A stretch of DNA of 53,880 nucleotides, taken from the NCBI GenBank assembly GCA_004524535.1, contig SDNY01000006.1, positions 1 to 53,880 of the forward strand. Reading direction: 5' to 3'. The notes under the pieces are model-generated. The model worked only from the letters and a program-made list of their open reading frames with translations. It ran no database searches and was not told where the DNA came from. The DNA comes from Promethearchaeota archaeon (GTDB lineage Archaea > Asgardarchaeota > Lokiarchaeia > Sigyniarchaeales > SOKP01). Below are positions 44,935-53,880 of this stretch, one piece after another; the stretch's first letter is position 1, and each line of letters opens with the position of its first letter. A program made the position numbers and the translations under genes.

Positions 44935-46644
44935 CTAAAAAAATAAACCAGAAACCTGAATCCAGAGTAAAAAGATAATAAATCCAATTACAAAGGCAAT
45001 AATTGCCCATATATATGATGCTTGTTTTCTATAATTCTTATTTTTCTGTCCGGATGCTGATTCGATCATTTTAATCTCAAAATATGGGGAAGGTCCTCTT
45101 CTATACCAACCGATTACTCTTACTCTGTAGCCGATATATTTCTTAATTGTTCTCATTGCAAAAATTAAATTGCCAAATAATGGCAGTAGTGATTGATAGT
45201 CGAGAAACATTAAACCCGTTTCGTCTTGTAATAGCATATCTTCTCCAAAATAATATCCTGGGACTCCTCGACCGACAATTTTACCTTCTAGAATGGCTGG
45301 AATTGTTCTAATTGGCGACGCTTTCACATAAGTTACTAAATTGATAACTTCGTTTGGTTCAAATCCACTTTTATATTTAAAACCAACCTTTACAAGCACT
45401 GCGAATCCAATTAAATAGAAACCGAGAGCCCAAAAGAGGAGAAGATTCGAGATCATACTATCCAACACACCTCCAGAGCTTATATTATATAATCCAGCTA
45501 CATTGAATATCCATACTAATGTCAAAGCTATTAATGCTATAAAAATGAGAATTGGTAGATACATAATTGTTACATCCGTAAGAAATTCAGGGATCATTGA
45601 TTTTCCTGCTTGTTCCTCTTTAATTTTCTTGGCATATGAAAAATCAATTTCAGGCTTTATCCCATATATATCACACTGCTTATTTAAACGCATTATCCTT
45701 TTTGCTGGTAATGGATGTGTGCTAAAGATCTGATAATATTTTGCCCATGGATTGAATAAGTCCCATGCGGCGGCGGCTTGAATTGCATTTTTTGAATATT
45801 TTCCATCTCCTCTTGCGCTTGAAACAGCGAATGCAGTGGCGGCTTGCGGATTAAAGATTCCAAATCCTCTCAAAGCTCTAATTCTCGAAGTTCGATTTTC
45901 CTGAACATTTCTCTCCATTAATAATCCATAAGCAATTGTTACGAGTGCTGTTGATAATAAATTAGGATTTTCTGTTATTTCTCCAGCGTGTTCATCAGCA
46001 TAGTATTCTCTTATTCTACTTATTACCAATGATATTAAATAACTTATGAAGTAAGATAGATATGATAATGCAGCAACAACAGTTAAAGCTGCTCCTATGG
46101 CTACACCTACACCTTCATCATCACCACTATGAAAAAAGCCCCGACTTGCATAATAACACCATCTAGCAATTGTTAATAACAGTAAAGGAATTGCGAAAAC
46201 TAAAGTCATTAAAATAAAATCATTATGTACAACATGACCTAATTCATGAGCGACTACTGCCTTTTGTTCATCGTTATTTAAGTATTCAAGGATGCCCTGG
46301 GTGATTACTATTCTTGCGCTATTTTTTGTCCAGCCAAATGTAAATGCATTAGGATTTTTATCTGGAATAATCCCCATTAATGGAGTTTTAATTCCTCTTA
46401 TTTCTATAACTTTATCAACAGCTTCAGCCAAATGGGGATAATCTCTTCGAAACTCTTCATATGGAATCCAGTTAATATTGTAAATCCAGTTAATTATCAT
46501 GGGGCCTAATAAATATTGTAGTAAAATAATACCAATTGTTAATCCAATCATTAACCAGAGACTCCAATTATACCAAATTCCAATAGCAAAAATTATGGCA
46601 TAAATTAGACCAAATAACGCTACTACGCAAAAAAAAGAACTCAA
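44935..46644 (-). CDS. htpX: HtpX-like M48 zinc metalloprotease with C-terminal extension
   Basis: PNAFTFG, AHELGH, SRIREYYAD, STHP; extra TM and beta-rich C-terminal domain. Start may be a non-canonical ATA at 46656. Confidence 0.88.
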   Translation of the reverse strand: MSSFFCVVALFGLIYAIIFAIGIWYNWSLWLMIGLTIGIILLQYLLGPMIINWIYNINWIPYEEFRRDYPHLAEAVDKVIEIRGIKTPLMGIIPDKNPNAFTFGWTKNSARIVITQGILEYLNNDEQKAVVAHELGHVVHNDFILMTLVFAIPLLLLTIARWCYYASRGFFHSGDDEGVGVAIGAALTVVAALSYLSYFISYLISLVISRIREYYADEHAGEITENPNLLSTALVTIAYGLLMERNVQENRTSRIRALRGFGIFNPQAATAFAVSSARGDGKYSKNAIQAAAAWDLFNPWAKYYQIFSTHPLPAKRIMRLNKQCDIYGIKPEIDFSYAKKIKEEQAGKSMIPEFLTDVTIMYLPILIFIALIALTLVWIFNVAGLYNISSGGVLDSMISNLLLFWALGFYLIGFAVLVKVGFKYKSGFEPNEVINLVTYVKASPIRTIPAILEGKIVGRGVPGYYFGEDMLLQDETGLMFLDYQSLLPLFGNLIFAMRTIKKYIGYRVRVIGWYRRGPSPYFEIKMIESASGQKNKNYRKQASYIWAIIAFVIGFIIFLLWIQVSGLFF

Positions 46645-46901
46645 TCTTAATCCTATAATGATTCACCTTAAATTCTTTTAGAAAAAATCAAAAAATTCCC
46701 ATTAAATAATATAATTTCATTTAAAAATAAATTTAACGGTTTAAAAAAATAAAAAGTTAATGAATATAGATTTAGATATTACTAAATTTTAAATCGTTTT
46801 AGTAGAATTATTTATTTGAATATGCCAAAAATTAATATCATTGAATATTTATATATTATTTAAAAATTAATACTGTTTTTTTAACTGATGGTGTTTTAAG
46901 G

Positions 46902-47534
46902 GTGCATCCGGAAATTGAAAGGCTATACAATGCAACGGATAATCTCGTTAACCAACAGTTTTATGAAGAAGGATCCGATACCATTATTGGTAGAACTCCA
47001 AAAGTTAGTGTTAAGATAAAACAAAGCGGTCAAATAATTAAAAAATTTAAAGATTTATTTAATGAAAATTTAAATTCTTTTTTAGAAGGCAATTATTTGA
47101 ATTTTCTACGTCATTTTAAAAAAATTAAGGGGCTTGATGATGATCAAATTAAAGAGATTTACGATGAATTAAAAAATAAGCTTGAGGTTTTAAAAGAGAA
47201 TGCCGCTGATGAAGAGATAGTAATTTTATATACCATTGTTTTAAGCGGTATTATCTCAAAAATTAGAGACCTTCATTTTAATAGTGCAATCGATGAGGTT
47301 AAAAAACGTGTGAAAGCTAAGTCAAAAGCTATTAGAGATAATGATATCCAAGAAGTATTAAACAATCTATTCATGCGAAATAACGATAATATTTCACTTT
47401 TATACAATCTTTCTTATTTAGATGTGCTTGCTTCTAGCTTTAATTATAAAAAGGTCTCAAGAGTTACCAGAATTCAAAAAGGAAAGTATATTAATCGGAT
47501 TGTAAATTTAATTTTATCTTCAATTAATAGTTAA
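46902..47534 (+). CDS. Hypothetical helical protein
   Basis: 210-aa ORF with GTG start. Confidence 0.7.
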   Translation: MHPEIERLYNATDNLVNQQFYEEGSDTIIGRTPKVSVKIKQSGQIIKKFKDLFNENLNSFLEGNYLNFLRHFKKIKGLDDDQIKEIYDELKNKLEVLKENAADEEIVILYTIVLSGIISKIRDLHFNSAIDEVKKRVKAKSKAIRDNDIQEVLNNLFMRNNDNISLLYNLSYLDVLASSFNYKKVSRVTRIQKGKYINRIVNLILSSINS

Positions 47535-47563
47535 GCGGAATTTTACTTAATTGATTACTTAAT

Positions 47564-48481
47564 TTAAATTAAATACTCGTCTATATTATCAGGCATGATT
47601 AATATTTCGGAAATCATTTTAGAAAACTCAACATGAGGAATGTTATCTTTATTCATTATATTATTTGCGAAGTCAGCATATTTTTTTTGAACGTGAGATT
47701 TTGCTAAATTTCTAAGTTTTGCACTAAAAGAGTAAAGATTTGAATAAGCTACCTTATAGTTCTTGTATTTCAAAGCTTCTTTCGTTTGTTTCAAATAATA
47801 TTGTAACCTTATCCGTCTATCTTTTATTTCATCCTTGACAGCTTTTGCATGTGGTTGAATTTTAATTAACTCTTCAGTAGCATCGAGTTTATTTAAAACC
47901 TCTATTATTTGCTCAAAGATTACTGTTTTTTCAATATAATTTTGAGTACTTGCTAGCTTATTATATAAATCTTCTTTTTTTATTAATAATTCTTCTCGTA
48001 AATTTGCAGAGATTTTACCTCTCTGAGCCCATATGGATTTAAAAACATCACTTTTTTGATCAAGTAGCGTTTCCTCAACTATATTTTTGCTAGTAATAAT
48101 TAAATTATTTACTTGTTCATCGAAAATTTTGAATTGTTCAGAGCTACCTTCCGCTTCACTAAATAACTCTGTATTATTTAAAATGATTTCTACTATTTTC
48201 GGAATTATTTTTGTCGCGGATTTATCCTCTTCCTTATCCACAACCATGACTAATTCTGAATTTATTTCAGCAATATGAGTAATTACAACGTGATAATCAC
48301 CCAGATTAATAGATTTTAAGACCTTTGAACCATCAAAAAACATTTTTGAAATGAATGTTTTTAAAGCGACTAAAAATCCACTAAACATATCTGACATATT
48401 TTCATCCATTTCATGGAAAAAAACTTTATCATATAGAAGAGTACCAGTTTCGCTCTGAAAAATAAAAAAGGCGTTTAACAT
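47564..48481 (-). CDS. Longin-like N-terminal domain plus helical domain protein
   Basis: FFIFQSETGTLLY..DMFSGFLVALKTF..SINLGD pattern. Confidence 0.65.
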   Translation of the reverse strand: MLNAFFIFQSETGTLLYDKVFFHEMDENMSDMFSGFLVALKTFISKMFFDGSKVLKSINLGDYHVVITHIAEINSELVMVVDKEEDKSATKIIPKIVEIILNNTELFSEAEGSSEQFKIFDEQVNNLIITSKNIVEETLLDQKSDVFKSIWAQRGKISANLREELLIKKEDLYNKLASTQNYIEKTVIFEQIIEVLNKLDATEELIKIQPHAKAVKDEIKDRRIRLQYYLKQTKEALKYKNYKVAYSNLYSFSAKLRNLAKSHVQKKYADFANNIMNKDNIPHVEFSKMISEILIMPDNIDEYLI

Positions 48482-48810
48482 ACTTAGATGCTTTTATCTT
48501 TTTTTAATTTAAAATCTTATTTAAATCTATTAAATATAATTATCTTCTATAATATTTAGAAATATTTATAGTAATTTCTTCTTGTTTTTTCCAGTCTACA
48601 AAAATAAATCCTTTCAATCTCAATCTGATCCTCTAATTATTGCTCAAGAGTTATGATATAAATCAATCGTAAAATAATCAAAATAGATAAATATGTTATG
48701 TAATATAATCCTTAGATTCTTTATTAAGTTTTAATTTTTTTTTTTATTGAAGAATAAGGTGGTTAGAGATACTTATAACCGAATTTCACAAATTCTATAA
48801 GCAAAATGGA

Positions 48811-49626
48811 TTGACTTCTGAAGTCATTCAAGTATTTCAAAATATTATATATTCCTATTTTAAACAATACGGTCGTAAATTCCCGTTTAGAGATAAAATT
48901 AAGCCCTATTATGTACTTATTTCAGAGATTATGCTCCAGCAAACTCAAACTAGCACTGTTTCGGAAAAATTCCTAAATTTCATAAAATCATTTCCCGATT
49001 TTGAAGCACTTTCTAAAGCACCAAAACAAAAACTCCTTAATGTTTGGCAAGGTTTAGGCTACAATCGAAGAGCTATTGCTTTAAAAACTATTGCAGAAAA
49101 AGTAGTTAATGAGTATGATGGGAAATTGCCGGATTCTGTTGAAAAGCTTAAGAAATTTCCCCAGATAGGGCACAACACCGCATCCTCTATAGTAGCATTC
49201 GCTTTCAACAAACCAACTTACTTCATTGAAACCAATATCAGACGCGTCTTTATTTACTTCTTCTTTTCCAATAAAAAAAATGTGAATGATAAAGAAATCA
49301 TATCATTTGTAGAGGCAACTGCTGATAATGAAGACCCGCGTAAATGGTATTATGCTTTAATGGATTATGGAGTGATGCTTAAAAAAACTCACCCAGAATT
49401 AAATAAGAGAAGTGCCCACTATCGAAAACAAGCAAAATTTAAGGGCTCTAATCGTGAAATAAGAGGTAAAATATTGAAAATTTTACTTAATAAAGAAAAA
49501 ATTTTAATGACAGAATTGCAGACTCAACTAAAGGTAGAGAATAAAAGAATAATTTCAATATTAAATCAATTAGAAAAAGAAGGATTTATTGAAAATAATA
49601 AAAAGGTAATAAAGATTTCAAAATAA
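48811..49626 (+). CDS. HhH-GPD DNA glycosylase, MutY-like, without Fe-S cluster motif
   Basis: SEIMLQQT, WQGLGYNRRA, FPQIGHNTA, ETNIRRV; no Cys residues. Confidence 0.87.
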   Translation: MTSEVIQVFQNIIYSYFKQYGRKFPFRDKIKPYYVLISEIMLQQTQTSTVSEKFLNFIKSFPDFEALSKAPKQKLLNVWQGLGYNRRAIALKTIAEKVVNEYDGKLPDSVEKLKKFPQIGHNTASSIVAFAFNKPTYFIETNIRRVFIYFFFSNKKNVNDKEIISFVEATADNEDPRKWYYALMDYGVMLKKTHPELNKRSAHYRKQAKFKGSNREIRGKILKILLNKEKILMTELQTQLKVENKRIISILNQLEKEGFIENNKKVIKISK

Positions 49627-49639
49627 TCCTCAGTAATAA

Positions 49640-50923
49640 TTAATTTAATTTTCCTGTTTTTAAATACTTAGAAATTTTAATTGCAAGCCCCTCTTGCTTT
49701 TTCCAGTCACCGAAGGCATAGCCCCTAGAGGTTAGTTTTTTAATTGACTTTTGTATAGACTCATGTATTTTATCAGCAGATTTTTTTGCAAAAGGAGTCT
49801 GAGGTAAAGGTATAAAGGAATGAGTATGAATTCTAGCACCCATTTTTGTTAATTTTTGCATCATCTCTATAGTATATTTTATATCCTCTTCGGTTTCATC
49901 TGGCAATCCGAAGATAAAGTCAACATTAGCTTTAAGCCCTACGTCTATAGTAAGTTCAACTGCATTATGCACATCCTCGACATCATGTCCTCTATGGCAG
50001 AGATCCAAGATTCTCTGGCTTCCCGATTGAGCGCCAATTATTATATTATCATTAAATGCATATTGTTTAATTAATCCTAATGTAGCCACATTCACATGTT
50101 CAGGTCTTACTTCTGAAGGGAATGAACCTAAAAAAATTCTTCCTTTGGAACCAATTATATTCTTTATTTTTCTTAATAATTCTTCCAGCTTTTCTAAGTT
50201 TAAGCTCTTCCCATCTTTAGAGCCATAAGAAAATGCGTTTGGTGTTATAAATCTTATATCTGTAAGATTTTTGTCTTTCATTATTTGAACATATTTGCAA
50301 ATTGACTCAATATTTCTATGCCGTGGAGTTGTTCCTGCAATATATGGTGTTTGACAGAAAAAGCATACATAAGAACAACCTCGGGTTATTTCTATAGCTC
50401 CAAACTTATTATATTTGACAGGAAATGGTGGATATATATCTAAATTAATTGGAGACCTTTTATCAGTATAAGATAACTCGTGATCCTCATTTAAATAGGC
50501 TATACCCTTTATATCCTTGTATTCTTCATTATTCCTAATTTTTTGAAAAAACTCTATTATTGTTTCTTCTCCTTCGCCAATAAAAATTATATCAAATCCC
50601 ATTTTAAGCGTTCCTAAAGGATCTCCAGTAGGATGAGGTCCACCTGCTATATATATTAATTTTTTACCATATTTCTTTATTAAAGTTTTAAGTAATCCAT
50701 TAATATCCCAAAGTTGAGTTGTAAAAAAAGAGATGCCTAAGATTACTTTTTGATATTTACTGATTAAATTTTTTAAATTATTAATAAGATTATCTTTATT
50801 CTTCAAAAAATAAATATCAATATTCTCAATGAATTCCTCTGTCTCTAAAGCCCCAATTAAAGCATTAAAAGAATATTTGTTATTATTATGGTAATATATG
50901 ACAAAAGCAATATTTTTCTGCAA
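49640..50923 (-). CDS. B12-binding domain radical SAM protein
   Basis: AGGPHPTG, GEGE, RGCSYVCFFC (CxxxCxxC), DFIFGLP. Confidence 0.92.
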   Translation of the reverse strand: MQKNIAFVIYYHNNNKYSFNALIGALETEEFIENIDIYFLKNKDNLINNLKNLISKYQKVILGISFFTTQLWDINGLLKTLIKKYGKKLIYIAGGPHPTGDPLGTLKMGFDIIFIGEGEETIIEFFQKIRNNEEYKDIKGIAYLNEDHELSYTDKRSPINLDIYPPFPVKYNKFGAIEITRGCSYVCFFCQTPYIAGTTPRHRNIESICKYVQIMKDKNLTDIRFITPNAFSYGSKDGKSLNLEKLEELLRKIKNIIGSKGRIFLGSFPSEVRPEHVNVATLGLIKQYAFNDNIIIGAQSGSQRILDLCHRGHDVEDVHNAVELTIDVGLKANVDFIFGLPDETEEDIKYTIEMMQKLTKMGARIHTHSFIPLPQTPFAKKSADKIHESIQKSIKKLTSRGYAFGDWKKQEGLAIKISKYLKTGKLN

Positions 50924-51062
50924 TTTATATCTCGATTATTATTTTCATTATTTTAAAAAATATTAAATGATTTTATTATTAAAAATTGGATTATAAAAGA
51001 TTTAAATTTAAATTTAATAAATGAGCATTATTAATAAAAATAAAATAAAGTGAAAAAATTTT

Positions 51063-51512
51063 ATGCTATTAAACGAGATAATTGCCACGACCCCAGGAGA
51101 GGTTGGCATTAGTTGGTTCGATTTTTACTCTATTGGCCATATTTGCTTCGGAATAGGTGCTTTTTTATTAATTTCATTATTCTACACAATACCAAAGGCT
51201 AAAGGTCACACACCAATATTCTCATTGCTGCTTGTTTTTATTCTTTCTATGATAACTTTCGTTGTTTGGGAAGTAATTGAAAATTTTATACTTATTTGGA
51301 TTGGTCTAAAATTTGAAGGACGAGCTGATAGCCTGCAAAATTTGACAATGGATATTCTTTTGGGAGGTCTTGGAGCGCTGGGTGCTTGGATTTTTGCTTA
51401 TATGACCTTTGAGAAAGACAGAAAGATTTGGCCATATTACACGTTTGGGACCATAAGTTTTTGCCTTTGGATAGTGGTGTTTATTATACTCCGTTATTTA
51501 ACTATTACATAG
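51063..51512 (+). CDS. Hypothetical four-TM membrane protein
   Basis: DFYSIGH, WEVIEN, DSLQN..D pattern. Confidence 0.7.
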   Translation: MLLNEIIATTPGEVGISWFDFYSIGHICFGIGAFLLISLFYTIPKAKGHTPIFSLLLVFILSMITFVVWEVIENFILIWIGLKFEGRADSLQNLTMDILLGGLGALGAWIFAYMTFEKDRKIWPYYTFGTISFCLWIVVFIILRYLTIT

Positions 51513-51544
51513 TTTTTTTTATATTTTCCTTTTTTTATTTTAAA

Positions 51545-52279
51545 ATGGTTAATTTAAAAGAATATATAGAATTTGAAAAAGGAACCTTACCTTTAATAAT
51601 ATCAGTTCCTCATGGTGGTACATTAGAATGTAGAAGCATTCCTAAAAGAACTGAAGGTATAATGGGAATTGATAAAGCTACCGACGAACTCTCTCATGAT
51701 TTAATTAATCATATAAAAAATAAGTCCGAAAGATTACCCTCATATATTATTTCAAATGTTAGACGCAGTAAAATAGATTTAAATAGAAGCGAAACCGAAG
51801 CGTATAACTCGAACTCAGATTTAGCTAGCAAAATTTATCAATTATATCATAGGAAAATTAAAGAAATCATCTCAGATAATTTAAAGACTTTCAAATATTC
51901 ACTGCTTATCGATATTCATGGTTTTGAAAAACATAAGCGACCACCAGGATATCGAGATGTAGAGCTTATACTAGGCACGAATAACTTAGAATCCATCTTT
52001 TCAAATCCAGTTCCTATAAAAGATAGAGATAAAAATATTAGGGGAAAAATTATAAAAAAATTTTTAAACTTAGGCATTCTAATAGCACCAGGTCGTCTGA
52101 GAAGGAAGGAGTATGTTTTAACAGGAGGATATATTACTAAACAATATGGGAATTCTAAAATTCCAGGGAGCCAATCTATGCAAATCGAATTTTCTGATAG
52201 AATTAGATTACATGATGTAGATTTAAGGAGAAAAGTACTAAAAGCTCTCTCAGAAGTGCTTTTGGAAGAAATTCTCTAA
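51545..52279 (+). CDS. N-formylglutamate amidohydrolase-like protein
   Basis: IISVPHGG, IDLNR, IDIHGF, GGYIT, QIEF; ATG 51545. Confidence 0.8.
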   Translation: MVNLKEYIEFEKGTLPLIISVPHGGTLECRSIPKRTEGIMGIDKATDELSHDLINHIKNKSERLPSYIISNVRRSKIDLNRSETEAYNSNSDLASKIYQLYHRKIKEIISDNLKTFKYSLLIDIHGFEKHKRPPGYRDVELILGTNNLESIFSNPVPIKDRDKNIRGKIIKKFLNLGILIAPGRLRRKEYVLTGGYITKQYGNSKIPGSQSMQIEFSDRIRLHDVDLRRKVLKALSEVLLEEIL

Positions 52280-52456
52280 GGATTAATATTTAATATTAAA
52301 TTATACTTTAGTTTAACATTTTCTTAAGAACACTTATAAACAACAAATAAAAACTCCCTTTCTTTATTTTTTATTTTTAAGAAAAAAATATATTTTCGTA
52401 TAGATATTAATATATTAAAACGAATAATCAGGTTCGGTAATTAATTTTTTTAAAAG

Positions 52457-52801
52457 ATGAGCGAAGAAGATCATTTTAGTATTGATGATATAGAGAGTTT
52501 TATTGAAGGATTGAGGGAAACTTTTGACTCGCTCAACGAATCCGATTCAAATTATCATGGAATGCAATTGCAGTTAGCGCGAGCAATATCTCTCCTTCGA
52601 AATAAAAAAGTTACAAAAATTGTACAACTTCCTAAAGTTGATTCCGAAATTCCCGAGTCTAAAGAAGATTTAAAGAATTTCTTGTTAAATAAATTAGAAT
52701 TTTTAAAAACCCATTTAGATTCTGAACGTATACCAAGCTCTAGAAAATTTGATCTTGCCATGCAGATTGCGAAATTAAGAGTAAAAATTAATAGTTTATG
52801 A
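52457..52801 (+). CDS. Hypothetical protein with two similar helical halves
   Basis: 114-aa ORF; D(I/L)xxF...LAxxIxxLR pattern occurs twice. Confidence 0.65.
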   Translation: MSEEDHFSIDDIESFIEGLRETFDSLNESDSNYHGMQLQLARAISLLRNKKVTKIVQLPKVDSEIPESKEDLKNFLLNKLEFLKTHLDSERIPSSRKFDLAMQIAKLRVKINSL

Positions 52802-52852
52802 ATCTTTCATAATTTTTGTTGAAGTTTAAAGAAAAAAACGGAATTTCATAAA

Positions 52853-53608
52853 ATGTTGATAGATATACATTGTCATTGTAATCTCTATTTAAATTTGGAT
52901 GAGATAATTAAAGAAGCTAAAGATATTGGCGTTGAAAAGATTATATCTGTAGGAATGTCTGCGTTAGGTTTAGAAAGAATGCTAGAGATATCCAGACAAT
53001 ACGATTCGATATATCCCGCGTTAGGGATTCATCCAGAAGAGGTACAGATGAATAAGAACATTGAAAATCAGTTAGATTCTGTATTGGAATTAATTCGAAA
53101 AAATAAAAATAAGATATGTGCGATAGGGGAAATAGGATTAGATCATTATTTTGTTAAGAAACGAGAATTATACCCTCTACAACAAAAGATTTTTAATTCA
53201 ATGCTTTCACTTGCGCAAGAATTAGAATTACCGGTTAATTTGCACACGAAAGGAGCAGAACAAATAGTTTTTGATACCTTAACATCATTTCGCATTCCAA
53301 ATATTAATATACACTGGTATTCAGGTCCAGAAAATTTATTAAAAAAAGGCATTGATCGGGGATATTATTTCTCAATTACACCTGCTTTTTCCTATTCTCC
53401 AGCAGTTAAGAAAGTTGTGATAATGGTCGATAATGAGCATCTCCTTTTGGAAAGCGATGGTCCGGTAAAATATTCGGGGAAAATAGGAACACCGTCAATG
53501 ATTAGAGATGTTTTAAATTTTATCTCAAAATTTAAAGATGTTTCTCCTGCTATCTTAGAAAGTCAAATATTTGAAAATACCAAGAAAATTTTTCCTAAAA
53601 TTTTTTAA
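52853..53608 (+). CDS. tatD: TatD-family nuclease
   Basis: DIHCH, GIHP, GEIGLD, LH, HWYSG, ESDGP. Confidence 0.93.
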   Translation: MLIDIHCHCNLYLNLDEIIKEAKDIGVEKIISVGMSALGLERMLEISRQYDSIYPALGIHPEEVQMNKNIENQLDSVLELIRKNKNKICAIGEIGLDHYFVKKRELYPLQQKIFNSMLSLAQELELPVNLHTKGAEQIVFDTLTSFRIPNINIHWYSGPENLLKKGIDRGYYFSITPAFSYSPAVKKVVIMVDNEHLLLESDGPVKYSGKIGTPSMIRDVLNFISKFKDVSPAILESQIFENTKKIFPKIF

Positions 53609-53880
53609 AAATTTTTAATTATTGATTTTTTTTTTAAAAAGATTATAAAAATTAAACATTTTTATTGAATAAGATTTAATTATTTAATAAATAGAAATCA
53701 GTTTTTTTTTTTGATTTAATTAAAATTCTAATAGAGTTTATTTTTAGATCTATAAATAAACCTTATTTTTAAAAATTATAAATCTTATTCCGACTAAATT
53801 TCTGATTATCCTATTTTAAATTTTGTCGCAAAAATCGAGTAAGGAGCTAGGTCCTAATAAGAAATCAAATAATATATCAG

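Overview
AT-rich archaeal chromosomal window. Gene content (roadblock/longin-like proteins, LRR protein, beta-propeller/FN3 surface proteins with poly-Asp linkers, archaeal DnaG) suggests an Asgard archaeon, most likely Lokiarchaeia-like; this is an inference. It contains ahcY, an inserted PIN toxin-antitoxin pair, an ArsA/GET3 ATPase, dnaG, several large surface proteins and the conserved rps19e-PDCD5-rpl39e-rpl31e-eIF6-rplX-pfdA-ftsY-secE cluster. It also holds yhbY/rpp21/nep1, four tRNAs, inositol-type catabolic genes and assorted enzymes. The main discovery is a 31-nt intron (18598..18628) in the protein-coding gene secE (Sec61-gamma) that folds into a textbook bulge-helix-bulge (BHB). Cutting at the canonical BHB sites removes a premature TAA and restores the reading frame and C-terminal membrane anchor. 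Three of the four tRNAs carry six more 28-31-nt BHB introns, all at non-canonical positions and of the same design, suggesting tRNA-type micro-introns that have spread into mRNA. Other notable items are a tandem-HTH-repeat protein with a putative PD-(D/E)xK nuclease, a polymorphic-toxin-like giant protein, 7TM-longin receptor-like paralogs, and a TA module bracketed by a duplicated ahcY 3' end. All calls come from reading the sequence by eye; no searches were run.
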